Below are positions 22,834 through 37,200 of a stretch of DNA of 64,000 nt, piece after piece. The stretch comes from Catajapyx aquilonaris (lineage: Eukaryota). The notes under the pieces were generated by a model that ran no database searches, had not been told where the DNA came from, and saw only the letters and a list, made by a program, of their open reading frames with translations. The translations under genes and the position numbers were made by a program. Position 1 is the first letter of the stretch. Each line of letters begins with the position of its first letter. The stretch is taken from contig JYFJ02000141.1 of assembly GCA_000934665.2 (NCBI GenBank), forward strand, positions 1 to 64,000, read 5' to 3'.

Positions 22834-24891
22834 ATGACTTCTGTACCTGTGGCCCCGTCGGTGGAGCGGGCGACTGGAGGAGGGAAGGCGAAGGAAGGGG
22901 AATCCATCGACCCTAAGAATGTGGTGAAGAACAGGGAGCTGCTCTACCGCATGATCATCAGGTGAGGTTCACTGAAATAATCACTTGAAAACGAGGCTCA
23001 CAGTGACTTCAACTTGCAGCCAGCTCTTCTATGATGGCCACCAGTCTATTGCCGTTACCCTGTCCAACGCCGTGCAGGCCGATCCGCCATGTCCTCCGTC
23101 GGACAGGCTTCTACATACTATGACGCTGGGACTGCAGCATGAGCATGGTTTGTCAATTGATATCAATTTTGAAAAAGGTGTACTGAACCACTTGCTTTTA
23201 ACGTACAGAGAACCAGAAGCCGACAAGCAAGGCGGATCTCCTGCTGGGTCCTGGACTTGATCTGGAGTATAAGACTGATGTCCCACCTACAGCTCCGGAG
23301 CCTGCCTTTTATGAGACTGCGTATGTGACGTCCCATAAAGGCAATTGCCGGGCGGGTGCTTTTAGCGTGGATGGCCAGCTGGTGGCTACTGGTAGTGTGG
23401 ATGCCTCGATCAAGATTCTGGATGTGGACCGAATGTTGGCCAAGTCTGCCCCCGACGCTATGGAATCGGGTGGGCAACTGGACCAGCAGGGACATCCAGT
23501 TATACGGACTCTGTACGACCACCTTGAGGAGGTCACCTGCCTCGAGTTTCATCCCAGGTTTTTAGTACACACGTTTTTGCTTGTTATCAACAATCCTGTA
23601 CATGTGACTAATTTTTCAAATGCAGGGTTGAATATATGGCGATTGTCCAAACCTTGACTGATGTACTTTTCCTCCTTTTTTCTAGGGAGCAAGTGCTGGT
23701 GTCAGGCAGCCGTGACTTCACAGTGAAGTTGTTTGATTTCAGCAAGGCTTCTGTAAAGAAGGCATTTAAGACCATTACCGACTCGGATCAGATTTGTTGC
23801 ATGTCATTTCACCCATCTGGGGATTTTCTTGTTGTCGGAGCCAATCACAACGTAGTCCGCTTGTATGATGTCAATACAGCGCAGTGCTATGTTTGCAATT
23901 TCCCCTCCCATCAGCACACAGATTCCGTCACATGTGTCAAGTGGTCTCCCGATGCTCGCATGTATGTGACAGGCTCAAGGGATGGAGCTATCAAGTTGTG
24001 GGATGGTGTGAGCAGTCGGTGTGTGAACACCTTTGCCAAGTCGCATGATGGAACAAATGTCTGTTCTGTGACATTCTCTAGAAATGGCAAGTACGTGCTG
24101 TCTTCCGGAAAGGACTCCCTTGTCAAGCTTTGGGAGCTATCAACCAGTCGGTGCCTTATCGCCTACACTGGAGCTGGAACCACTGGTATGTCATGCTCTT
24201 GCTGCAGGAAGCATTTTATGCTGAGTGTTGCTGTGCATATTTTTGATAAGCAAATGTTAGGTATTGTAATTAACATTATGAAAGTAGTAATGTCACATCT
24301 TATGTCGGTTTAATTGAATAACACATCCTGGGCATTACATTGTTGTTAATGAGCATGAGTTCACACTTCACTTCTAACCTGAGATCAGTTTTGCCTTCTT
24401 CACTCGAGGCATTTTTAGGCATTCAATACCATATTCAATAATGGTTCAATAATATGTCAATGATGAATTAATTAATGTTCCTAAAGGTCTCATTTGATGT
24501 ATAATCATCATGCCAAGGTTTCTTTGTGATATGGTGCTTCAAAAAGTATACTCTTACTGAAGTAATCATGATGCAGTATACTGGAGAAACCTTTGCAAGT
24601 GACAACATGTTACCGGTACTCTAAAAATACTGTCGTAATATTTCAGGACGTCAGGAGCATCGTGCCCAGGCCATTTTCAACCATTCGGAAGATTTTGTGA
24701 TGTTCCCAGATGAGGCAACAACAAGCCTTTGCTGCTGGGATTCTCGCAATGCTTCCCGCAAGCAGCTTCTGTCCTTGGGCCACAATGGTCCTGTGAGGTT
24801 CATTGTCCATTCCCCATGCTCCCCATCTTTTCTTACCTGCTCAGATGACTTCCGGGCCAGATTTTGGTACAGGCGCAGTCCTACGCACTGA
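22834..24891 (+). CDS. CSTF1: Cleavage stimulation factor 50 kDa subunit (WD40), 449 aa, 5 exons
   Basis: Exons 22834-22961, 23020-23147, 23209-23557, 23686-24185, 24647-24891 (1350 nt in frame). N-terminal dimerisation domain [41 protein letters not shown] repeats, and C-terminal [12 protein letters not shown] diagnostic of CstF-50. AATAAA at 25033-25038. Confidence 0.95.
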
Positions 24892-25243
24892 GCCCATTCC
24901 ATTTCACCTTTTCCAATTTTGTGTAAGTGGATGTGAACTGGAAATAATACCTGAATTTGTATACAAGTCTTGATACATTGTCATCTTTTTGTAGACAATA
25001 GGTGGTTGTAGATGAACTCTAGTTAGAAAGATAATAAATCTGTGAACTTTGTTTATATTCTCAGTATTTTGTCCTTTTTCAGTCTCGTGGTAAGGTGAGA
25101 TGAGCATTGATTTTCTGACTGTAAATGGCATCCTATTCTGCAAGATCACATCATGTGAGAATAGCAGAAGAGATTTTGGTCTGATCTTATTGGAAAATTG
25201 ATTATATCCTTGGGATTTCAGTGTGCTTCTGATTCTTAACGTA

Positions 25244-26983
25244 GGGGAGAGTGCTGTACCATGGAACACTTTTTCAACATTTATTTTTATTTAGTAAAGT
25301 TGTTCATGTTTTCAACATGTGAAACTGTCCATGTATAAAGCATATTGTTGCCCACACAATGGAACTTACTCATTTTGTATGTCACTAATAACTTTACTAA
25401 AAATAATTAATATGTGATAGTGTTGCAAATGTTCCATGGTACAACATGCTGATGTACCTTGGAACAATCTGATGTATCCTTGGAACAATTTATTTTCCAG
25501 CATGATATTAGGCTCAACAAGGCAAGTATTTTATTTCACGTTGTAGTTTTCATTCTTTTCAAAGCCAATTTTGAGCACTATTCTTGATGACACCCTGACA
25601 CAACACCCTAGCTGATGTGTTCCAAGGTACATGCAGGGCTACTTTTAGAAATGAACTTGCCTCTCTTTCGTGCATTACATGATTGGTAGGTAATAATGAT
25701 TCAGCACTGTAGACAGTAAGGGTGCAGTTTAGAGCCGCAAAAGTCTTCCAGTCTTTCTATATATTTTCTGAATCTACTCGATGAGATGAGTCGAATGACA
25801 CTATTCCTAGTGTGCGGAAATGCTTGGTGCAAGAGTAATTGAATTTTGAAATTGCAAGTAATAACAATGAATAAATGAAAATAAACGAGTGTTCCTTTGT
25901 TGAAACAGTTTACTCCCATTGTTGAGTGAATGAATATCCATGGTAATTTTAAACGTTGTTTGGGGGTTGTGTGTTCGCAGAAATACTGTCCGCCGTGTGG
26001 TGGCGTAGATGTGGGTGTTGTGGATGTGGCAAAGCCACAATAACGTTCGTTGGCCTGCGGCGCCACAAGACGGACAGTAAGTGTTGCGGATACAGAAACC
26101 CACAATAAGCGCCCAGCTCCGCTATCGCTCCGCAAAAACTAAAAATATCACGCACAGGCGACGTACCGTGCCTGGCAGGGCCACAAGACGGACAGCACTG
26201 GTGCGGTCACTCCAACGCCTCACAGATAACACCAACACAATCAGAGTGGGGCATGCCTAAAAAGCTAAGGGTTCATTTTACTGCAACACTTGTTGGCGGG
26301 CAAGAGGCCTCGAGCAGTGACCCAGGAGATACCAAGCAACCTCCCTCATTACTTCCAGGAAGGCTTGCCCAATTATTCCTGATAAGCACCGATGCAATGC
26401 CTCGGCCATGGACGCTCCTGAATGATGTTAAATTAAACTCCTACACTCTCGTTCTATGTCCAACGAACCAAGAACAACACCGCTTATTTACATCATTCAG
26501 CATCCCTCACAGCACGTTTCCATGGAATCTCTCACGTTTCCACGGAGAATCACCTGACGCAACAATGGGAGTGAACAGTCTCAACAAAGGAACACTTGTT
26601 TACTTTCATTTTATTCATTGTTATTACATGCAATTTCAAAATTCAATTACTCTTGAACCACATATTTCCGCACACTAGGAATAGTGTCATTCGACTCAGC
26701 TCATCGAGTGGATTCAGAAAATGTATAGAAACCTGCAAGATTTTTGCGGCTCTAAACTGCACCCAAGCCATCGACAAAAGGCCTGCCAAAAAAACTTACT
26801 TTTGAGTATGAAAAAACACCTCCGCCACTCACTACCTCCAAAATGGCTACCTGCTAGGGTCTGCTTCCAACTAGGGGGCATATGCATCCTTTGATTCAGA
26901 AAGTGGCCGGTACATGTCAACACGAGCTGTGGTACATTGAGTGTTCCAAGGTACGTTTGTACTCAAGGTACAGCCCTCTCCCC
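25244..26983. mobile_element. Non-autonomous DNA transposon with TIRs and TA flanks (Tc1/mariner-pogo-like by inference)
   Basis: Left end TA|GGGGAGAGTGCTGTACC and right end GGTACAGCCCTCTCCCC|TA. Subterminal GTACC(A/T)TGGAACA motifs recur in both orientations (~25256, ~25429, ~25455, ~25618, ~26942). Confidence 0.75.
25720..26764. mobile_element. Nested element with ~205 bp imperfect terminal inverted repeats (MITE/foldback-like)
   Basis: 25720-25924 (GGGTGCAGTTTAGAGCCGCAAAA...CTCCCATTGTTG) is the near reverse complement of 26560-26764. No intact ORF inside. Confidence 0.75.
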
Positions 26984-28242
26984 TACCTGAATTAAGGTTT
27001 AGAAAGGAACCATGGTAACATTTTCTACCTAGCAACAAAACCTTAGATACGGCAGTATCTCTCGAGACGTATATGCCAATTCAGTACAAAAAATTCGAGT
27101 CCTTGATAATTACGATTATCCATTTGCAAAGCCAGCATTTTTGCAGCTGGCTGTGACCCTGACCTGTTACTTCCCAACCTACACTTACGAAAAAATACAT
27201 CAATCATCATACCAATTTCCAATGCCAATTCCATCTGGGGTACGTAAGTAATCAGAGAAGTGACATGACAGTAGGCTCTGTAACAAATGTTTCAAAATCA
27301 CCGATTTCATTAAATATAACTTTTACTATATGCAATATCAAACACTGCTAGAAAAAAATTACTAGTCAAAAACAGATAACGTAACTCATCCTTTCACTTG
27401 AAGGACAATGCCAACATTGCAGACATTCATTATTTTTGACAAATCGTCTCACTTTCTGCAAAGAGCTGAAGATGCACAAGCCTGAAGTGCTAAGTAGTTG
27501 GCTGCACGCGAAAAAAAATGTATACGTCCACAAAGTTTCACCAATGATACATGACAGGTAGGAAAGGTTTGGACAAAGTATCAAAGGCCTGCCACCCTTC
27601 ATTACAGATTCCTTAACTTACAGGTACAGCATCCACTGAAAAAATCATGTAAAAACAAACAAACAAGGGATGCTCAATGTTGGTGTCCAGTAACACTGTT
27701 TTTGTGTTGGTTGAAAATGGATGAAACGGGGAGTCCCCAAAACGTGAGGTCAGCAGTGGCCAGAGAATCGCCTCAGTTCATTTGGACTCTTCAGAACAAA
27801 CAGCCACAAATCCAATCCCAGGATTACCGCATTACTCGGATGCCCACAAGGTGTTTCATAAACTGCAGACATTGGCACCCTAACATTATTTTAAACTATT
27901 AAACACCCTGTTGCGATTGGTTCTATAGGCTTGTAACGCATGGTTGACCAAATTATGACGTGTTACATCTCCACAGCATCCCGAGGAAAATCCCCTGTTA
28001 TAGTGCAAAAGCGTCAAGTCGTGCGCATGCTGGAGCCAGTCTGCCACCGGCGCATATTCGGATCAGACGGCGGTTCACATCCTCTGGATACATCGGTACA
28101 TGTAACCATCTTTTTTTGTGTACACACAAGATTTATGGGTTTAAACTAATCTATTTTCGGTTCGGGCCAGTTTGTGTCATAAGGCGATTCAACCTGAGAG
28201 ACTGATGGTGACCACATAATTTATCAAGGAGCCATCATAAAA

Positions 28243-28245
28243 ATG
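28243..28245 (+). other. Candidate ATG-only first coding exon of PTHR-like A
   Basis: AAAAATG|GTGAGT is an A-rich start context followed by a consensus phase-0 donor. It is compatible with the phase-0 acceptor at 38342 and would imply a ~10 kb first intron. Not otherwise supported. Confidence 0.35.
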
Positions 28246-31200
28246 GTGAGTATACATTTTGCATTTAAATGTGCTTTAAAAAATTAGGCCCGCACTTTGC
28301 AGTTAACCTTTGTTTGCACGTCAAGCGCAGATATTTTTTTGTGTTCGTAACATCTCGTTAGGGGGTCTTTGTCTTCCGCCCTTCGATCTTCAATCTCAAA
28401 GAAATTTCTTGAGAAAAAAAATCTGTCTTTGTTTTAACCCGCTCTCACAGCTCCTGTGAGTTGACCTGAAGAAAAAAAATCCTTCAGTGGAAAGGGCAGA
28501 CTTTTCCCTCGATCTGATGGAGAGAAACGGAACAAATGGAGGATTTATACGTCGCTCCGGGTTTTGGAACCCAAAAACCTACAGCCGTGTTGCGGGGATA
28601 CATTTTTTACAAGGATATATCTTAGGTTTCCTTGGACATTGAAAGAGAGAGAAAAAGGGATTTTTCTTTTTTTCGGTTTGGGAAGAGCGGCTTGGGGGAT
28701 ACGAAGGCTGACATTTGCATCAATCTCAAATTCAATGAGTGACCTCCAGACTGATGTGTTTTCCGGTATGGTTAAGTCATAGATGACCGTGTATTAAGGT
28801 CCAGATTTAATGTGTTTTGAACGCGTAACCGGATCGAGGAGCTGCTATATTTTTAGATATGGTCGGGTCTATCATCATAGCTTGGTGGATTTCAAAAAAT
28901 GTAAACAGATGAGGGGTAAGCCAATGCACCGGAGTACAGTACAGTACAAATAGCTTCAGTTTGCGGAGTTGAATTGGATTGATTGAATCCATCTATACAG
29001 TATTATTTTGTAATATTCTGGACATGAATTACGTTATTGCGAGTCGTAGCTTATTGCAATTAATTTAAAATTATTATTGTGGATTCGTGCAAACTTTCAT
29101 TTTCAATGAAAAATAGAACTGGCAAACATGTGGCGACGCTTATACCTGCGAAACCACATCAGTAATTTGCGGGATGGACCGCCATTGGGTGTAACATAAT
29201 TGCACAATTAGTGAAGAATAATATTATGACAAATGCTACAGTACAAACTGTATTTAATTTAGTCAGCTTAACACCATTGTATATGTGTGCAAGTGACATT
29301 CGGTGCTTTTATTATTTTGAATATTGTTTTACGCACTCAATATTTAAATGGCGTTCCGTCTCATCGCACTTGAATAGCATAACCGATTTTTTCACCGTGA
29401 TTAGAATATTATTCCTTAGTGTCGAAAATCCTAATATAAGTCGCTCAAAGAATTGAGTTATTGACTTATTGCATAAAACTGACAGATCCGAAATCGCAGA
29501 ACGCTCTTTAAAGCAAACCCTATTCAAAATAATATGTAGACCTGATATGTATAATGTATATATAGAGTTATAACAGAACAATTTCGAGACATATTGTGTT
29601 ATTGATAATTTATTTTCATTTCGACTGTACTTGCTCTCTAACAAAAAAAAACGGACTCGACCAGCGTCAGATATTACGCATCCAGGCAACGCAATGGCTA
29701 TAATTCAATTTCGACTCTTCTCATCGCTCTGCATTTTATAGGTCTTCACGTATAAAGTACACTCCTGTGCAAGCTAAAAATACATCACAACCTGGGAAGG
29801 AACTGCGTGTATCCAATATGTAACCACACAATATATGCAAGGGACGAGGTAAACCCATCACCGCGATCATTTGGTATTCAATTGATCCCGATCCATATCA
29901 AATCAAAGGCATTATTTGTCCCTTGTTGTGTTGACGCTCGCGTAATATTGGACTCTGATTAGCCTAGTATGAAACCCTGCGACTAATCTTTAAGCGAACT
30001 TCCAGACCTCTGTGCTTGGAATACCAACTATATTACGACCTTTCGTCGGTTTCGTTTCCTGAAAACTAACTCTCCCTGAGGAACTGAACCCATTTTTTTT
30101 CTTCTTCTTCTTACGACGAACTAGAGATAAAACGGGGACAGACTCTTAATTATGTACATCCGTTTCTATCCCAGAGTTTTGCGAATTGCCGAGATCTTTT
30201 TCGCCTGTTTGCATTTCAAAGTCGGGACCCCGCCTCTTTCATTTCCTGTAACCTCCCGACAGGATTCCCTAAGAAAACACTCGACATAGGTTTAGGAAGT
30301 CTGAGAGAGAAAATGCGGCGATAATCAACCTCAGGTCTTGTCAGAGGAAAATTGTCAAATCAGTATGCGAGCCCGAGGGAGATTTGCCCCGTTTTGTGAC
30401 TAGAGTCCCTGAATGAATCACTTTGTTGCCACTCGTTCCTATAGTTTCTTTTCTGCGCGTCTCTTGAGATCTGCATCCCATGAATGCGTAGTACATACCT
30501 AAGGGAAAGTTCGAGGAAGGTAAAAGGAAAACAAAATTAAATTACTCCTCAAGCTTGTGGAGAGGTTTGAAAAGTGGGTCTGAAATATGGATATGGGATG
30601 GACTATAAATGAAAGGAAGCCCCTTTTTATTTACCTCACAAGATGAAGAAGAATGCGGAAGAGCAGTTGAATCCAGTTGGATATTATACGTAATTTTTTA
30701 AAGGTCGCTTTTGAAGCAACTGCGTAGATATGGCGTAACAATGTGATTGAAAACGGACCTTTTGATTATGCCAATACTTGTAGACTGTAAATAAATAAAC
30801 ATACAGTACAAGGCAATGCTGCAGTACTTCTCCAGTTACGAGGGGGTTATTGGACAATGCTATTGTCTCCCCGAGTAAATTTATTGCCTACTCCAGCAAC
30901 CAGTTTAAATATCCATAACAAATATCACGACTAACTTTCTTATCTGGATTGTTGTTTCTCTTTGAAATATGGTTGCTGGGCTAAAAAAATTACTTATTAA
31001 TCTTTCTGAGTATGCCTACTTCAGCAGTAAATACATCGTAGATATGGAATGGGCTATAAGTAAAGGGCGACTATTTCCCTCTAGAGAATAGTGTTGAAAC
31101 AAGTTGACTACTGTTTGCAAAAGCGAATGGAAGGCGAATTGTTTCATAAAGTGTATTTTTAAAAAATCCTTGACCTTTAACCAGTTTCAATGTGCCCAAA

Positions 31201-34200
31201 CAAGATCTGAATGTGGGCAGAAAGGTAAAGACAAGTAATCGCATGGGATGATGGCCTGACTCGACAAGATCTAAAAGGAGTGTCAACACCCAGTTCCATT
31301 TGTTACCAAGTGCGTAGGAGCGATAAGGGCTCAACACTGGTTTCCTCTTTTCTCCCTTTAAAACCAACCCCGCTTTTGAGCTCACCAGGTTTTTGTACTG
31401 TTGCCTTTTTTCTACCCAGGCTCACGGTAAAAGAGGACTTATCTATTTCGTTGACATTGAAGGATATATAGTGGGACAGGAGAGGAGAAAAAAAATCAAC
31501 CCACTTCTTAGAATGTCCTTAGGCTTTTCCAAACCACGTCTCCCTCACCTATTTCGAGGTCTGGGTAAGTCAACAAGGTGGGAAGGAATGAGGGTCGCAC
31601 TCAAAAACTGCGGCAGACTGCAGGATTTATATACGACATATTCGCACACTTGGACCCAAACTGAAACTCCTCAGGAAATGGACACAACAATTATTATTTA
31701 GCTAAATCTGAAACAAAAATATTGACGTAAGTTGTCGATATTGTTGTTTGTGTCACCTTTTTAGCTATTAATTATTAAAAGCTAAAAAGGTGACAAAAAT
31801 AATGTCAATCCAATATGAACACCACATAATAGCACATAGTTATAAAGAATTGTTATTATTGTTAGACGTATTATTGATATTGTTAAGAAATTGGTTATTA
31901 ATAAATTTTAAAAAAATATATCACTTCATTTCACTTTTGATATCTGGAATACATGTGTTTTTACAGCCTTACACAATTTTGTGCATTTTTATCAGACGCT
32001 TCACAATATATTGCAACAAATTCAAGAATTTGTGGTGTGTCGCAGCGTGTCATTTGACATTGACTTTGATTTCTGTCCTTCCGTCATTTGGCATGCTTCC
32101 GTTTGGCAGCATATTCCGGTGTTTTTTTTGTGTGCTGTCTATCAAGCGGAATATATTACTGAACCGCCCAGTTTCAGTTGTCGTCTGCTTTGTAATTAGT
32201 CTCAAAGTACGATTGTCTTACCAGATCTTCTAACTCTCCGTGAATGTTCTGAGAAGATCCAGTATCTTAGCTCCTAATTAGTTCTCTCCATGCCGGGTAT
32301 TAATATTGAACGGCCGTCTTTTGTGCGGGTAACGATCCAAAGCGAGGGAATCCTGTTCCTACAGTTCATGTCAAACTGGAGGTAATTGAATTCCAAAATG
32401 CCTCTCTATAACTCCCATTCAACAAGCCTTATTCGAACCTAAATAACAAAATGGGTTGACGTATCACTGAGGAAAACCGTCACTTTGAGATGCTCCACCA
32501 CGATTATTTATAACGAATCGCATCCTTTTGCCCCCCACATGTCTTGAAACTCATGCATAAGAATGAGACGCTCAGTCCGAATATCTCAGGACATTTTGCG
32601 GCCAGATTCGCCATTTTCTGGCGCGGCCTTTTATTGCGAATTAGCAATGGAAGTTAATCATTCGGGTAGGTTTTTATTCTAAAACAAGCTGGTGCATTTT
32701 GGAATCAGTGGGCGTTGAAAACGAGCAATTTCAGCCAAATGGGAAATCCGAACTGGACAAACGAGTGCCTGTCCCACAGGACACTCGACCATTCAGTCTC
32801 TGCGGGGAGGCTTGCAAGTGACTAATGTTTGCGGGCAGATTGATCATGCTCATAAAACCAACGCGGGACTCCTTACAAACATTAATTTCCGAACGACAAA
32901 CATGTCTCTAATTACATTCCCTGGTATGCCATTTGACAAAAATAGCGGCCACTGAAAGGAAAGCACGAGATGAGCCAATTAGAGCAAGCCTTTCAAGTAT
33001 GCTGCTATGGGGGATCAAACATTATTTTTTGGGGGGTCGACTCTTGAGACAATCTAATTGATTTGATTGTGGCGACTATACAGCTATACGTATGAAGGAT
33101 GGTTGTCAAATAAGGGCTAAAGCAAAGGTTACGCGATGATATTGTGCACTTCCTGGGTAATAAACAAAAAAAGTCGTCTTTATTAAAACTACAAGGCTCG
33201 GGGCAATAAGGAAGGAAATATCGTTTTTTCACATTATCTTGGAGAAAATGCGAGAGGCAATTTCTTAAGGAATGTTAACGCATCATAAGAAAGCTGCAGC
33301 ATAATTACTGTTTCTCCTCCTGTGCCCAAGAATTTATTGGCCACTTAAAGAAAATATTATGCAATATTTTAATTATTTATGTGTTACATTGCAGAAATAT
33401 TTTGGTTAGCGGTGTAAACCAGTGTCGTTCAAGTATGCGATCCAGGGTTTCAATATCGACCTTTGCCTTCCCCTTTTGTTGATGGGTGCAACAACAGAGG
33501 CAAGACCTGCTCGTTTTGTGATGACACGAGTCCTCTTCCCTTGTCGAAACGAACGTGTCTCTGAGCTAATGAGAAGCCTTCCCCGCTTGAGGTTCCCACA
33601 GATTAAAGTTAATTAGTTAGCCAAAATTAGGGCGGTAGTGTCTCGCAAGTGGACCGGAGGAGGAGTTAATTGGTCGCAAGTGTCGTTCACATCCTATCGC
33701 GATGGAGCTTTTTTTGTAGCTTTCTCGGTAAGTATTGGCTTCTATTGGTTGGCCTGGAGTTCACTCTCCTTTCCTTCAAAGACCTGGGCAAAAAGTTAGT
33801 TGCAGGACTTGTCAGGAATGGAAAATTATCCCTTTGGGTTGACTTTCCTACACGGGTTCCTTTTCCGAACGTTTTTTTGGGGGAGCAATTCCCCGGACAT
33901 TCCCGGCTGACTGCTACGGGGAGACTTTGATGTATCGCCCGGATAAAAATCCACGTGTGTTTCTCCACTAGTTTGGGCCTGTACAACCGTAACAGAGTAT
34001 ATAAAGAAGCAATACTAGCAGATGTCAGAGGTCAAAATTCTCCCAAGGCATAAAATTATATTACATAATCACACCCAGTGTAATTTAAATCGGTAGCTAT
34101 CATTAAAATGGATAGCCACATTTAATATTAATGCAAGCGCTTTTCCACTATAACCGCATGTTCTGTACAGGATACTGATGGGCATGCAAACACCCCGTGG

Positions 34201-37200
34201 TATTTTGTTATATTATTAAATACTGGGCTGGGCAATAGTGGGCGTTGCGTATTTTTAGCAAAATGACGCAGATCATCCCTGAACTAGTTAATGGTCGCGA
34301 TGGGACACATAATGACATTGAATTTCCGTATAGCTCGACCAGACAAGATTGATGACTTTTCCTTCCTCCATATTCGATCGCATATCGATTCAGTTTAAGC
34401 CTCTTTTTTTAAAGAGGGTTGTGTACCTGTCGGGATGATACCTATTCCCCAGGCACAAATAATTTAACTCGAGACTTCATTAGTTCCCGCTACAGGTTCA
34501 TCCGGTGTGTAAATTGTTTCAATCGCCTCTTGACATGAGAGCGTTCTCTGCAGGGCTGGTTTACGGCGGAATAAAAATGGGTGTACGTGTACGTGCGGGT
34601 ACGGATCTATTTAATCCCCTGGGGATTGGTTGCACAAACTGAACAGGGAGAGTTATACATATTTTACCATGCATACATTTCACGTTAAACAACCTGAAAC
34701 AAGGTAAGAAAAATTTACCTTTCTAAGTTCTGATGATTATATCCAGGAGGCATTTCATCAATTTTTAAATAGTGCCTTCAGGTATGAATGAAAATATTGT
34801 ATACAGTATATATCCTACGTGGTCCCATTGCATATATATACTCTTGAAAAATCAGGATAACAGTCCTGGAAAGCTTTTAGATCGAAACAAAAATTTTGGG
34901 ATTTGCGTCGTTCAGAGTTGTCGAATACCATGGCTTGATGCAGATGGAAAGCTGACAAAATTGGAAACGTAGGCGGCCAAAACGAGAGAGAGAGAGAAGA
35001 GACAGTGTTTGACAGCGGTCAGAACCCGCGTTTTATTTGCGACCGGGTTTTTTTCAGAGAGAACTTTTAATCAGGCTGCATGCGTTGTAAAAACCCTCCC
35101 GGGCTTTCCCCAAGATTAAATGCGACCCATTTCAACAAGTTTTCTTCCACCAAACTTTCCAGATTATGATTTATGCTCCAGATATTCCCCCTCTCTTCAC
35201 TTCTATGCATGTTCTGAAAAGGAAAATGCGTCTGGGAATCCTCGTCGAGAGTTACACCTGGTACATTTATTTGGGGCTCACCAACCGTATTCCGAGCAAG
35301 CCTAGCGGTAAATTCCCTGGGTGTTAATGATTATCTAACTCTCTGGCCGACACGTTCCGATCGCATCGCATAATTGATGAAACGAAAGTAACGCAATTTC
35401 CTAGCAGACGCGTTCATAATCCGTGCAGCCATGAACTTCCCCATTCCAAATTGCCCTCCAGTGTTGCGAGCCTGACGACTAAAAATTATTGGATCAGAGG
35501 CCTTGAAAAATGGTAGTAATCTTTTCCCAAAGTGGAAAGCCGCACATGTGATAAACTGCCAAATCATGTGAATCTGCGCTGTATATCAAGCTCTCTATTT
35601 TCAATCAGTGCAAAACCCCAAGGGATGTTTACCCTGGGGTGAATCTCGTCCATGTTGATAATGCTCGCAGTCACAGTAAAGCCAATAACATGTGGTAATT
35701 CACAATAGAAATATCTACACATTGTGTAGTGAATGCAACTCATTGACTGTAATGAATAGTCGATTTTATAGCTCCATTTGGGAAACATAAAGACCTGAAA
35801 CGAAATCACAATACGCTGTGTGATAGAAGTGAGAAGGTTGTGGTGTATACGAAAGCGTATGTGGTACTGTAATTGCTATTTATTTATAGATAAAGTAAAC
35901 ACCCGGATTTGTACTAATAATTGTAATTGTGATTGTATGTCGCATTTCCACTAGTATACGTTAGTTTGAATTGAGTAACTTACAGTCCTAAAGAGGTTTA
36001 TACTGTGGTTACTTACAAGTTTATAAACCAACTATAGATCAAGTGCCGTACTCTCAGGAAAAGTTAAGAGGAAGTAGACGGAATATGAAACTAGAGAGGC
36101 AAAACAGTGGCTGAAATCCAGCAGTTCAAGTGCTGGAGAAGTTTCGCCTCAAGCAAAGACGCCTTTTAAATCTCAATCGCTTGCAAAGCCAGCCAGAATT
36201 TGCCTCTGAATTGCTCCAAAATGGGATTATAACTTGAGTTGCAGCAACAGAGGAAATAATTCCAAGAAACAAACTGTAGAAACGTGTTTAGAATTTTTAG
36301 CCCCTGCAGCACACACTTCCAGCGAAACAGGCAATATATTTGTGTTACATAACAAGCAGGATGGAATAACCTTGGAGACGAGGCATGTCTTCTCTAATTG
36401 GGATCAAAACGTGTCTTATGAACGTCTTGGGTTTTTTTTACTGTCAACAGAAGGGTCTGATCAAGTTGTAAACATCGGTTTCATAGTCCTGCTTAGAGAG
36501 GACAGAAGACCTGGAGAATTCTCTTTCAGAGATGTCTCAGCCTTTTCTTTCCTCGTTTGTGTAGCAATTAGGCAGTTTTTTTTGTTTCATCTTGAGTGTT
36601 GTGATGCTTGTTATCAAGCTTTTTCTTGTCTGCCTTAGGGATGTTTTTCCTGGTATGGCCCAGAATAATTGCGAAAGGCGGCCATGCGTTAAATACAAGT
36701 TTAATTACAGTCGTAACTTTTTTGGCGGCGATTAGTTAGCAACAGCAATATTTTGTAGACATTTGTTGTTATCTTTGGAGAAATGCGACTTGTTAACTAA
36801 TGTTTCTTCAATTTTTTGGGTTGTTCAAAAACTTCTGGAGGCGTTTTGGCTAGTGGCTTTTCAAGTATCGGGAAAACGTTGAGGCAGCAAAGTAACCCGA
36901 CCTAAGCACAAGTTAAGTGCGGTGTACCAATTGGGTTTTAGGAAGGTTAATAATTTAAGAAAATAGTGCCTTGCAAATTTTTTTGTCGTTTTTGTGGCTG
37001 AAACTCTTTGATGTCTCATTCCATCAACAGCCGACGACTTTTTCATTAGAGTCTTCTGTTTTTGACCTTCAATTTTTAAAACGCAAAGAGAGAGCAGCCG
37101 GCTGTTGTTTGGATCACAAGTTTGTCTTTGTGTCACAATTTTCGCCAAACTGTGTGCGTATAGCTTTTTGCCAGGAGTCCTGCATGAGTCTAATTACAGT

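Noticed and set aside
1546..22907. Many antisense and alternate-frame ORFs over the carboxypeptidase exons (e.g. 1546-2151, 19460-19753, 22174-22647)
   Set aside because: These are shadows of the real exons. Their recurrence reflects gene duplication, and they have no recognisable domains.
25701..26805. Paired ORFs sharing TMGVN..NKGTLVYFH on opposite strands
   Set aside because: Explained by the ~205-bp inverted repeat; not protein homologs.
31960..32330. Cys-containing minus-strand fragments vaguely like a piggyBac C-terminus
   Set aside because: Too degenerate, with no TTAA/TIR pair identified. It needs a profile search.
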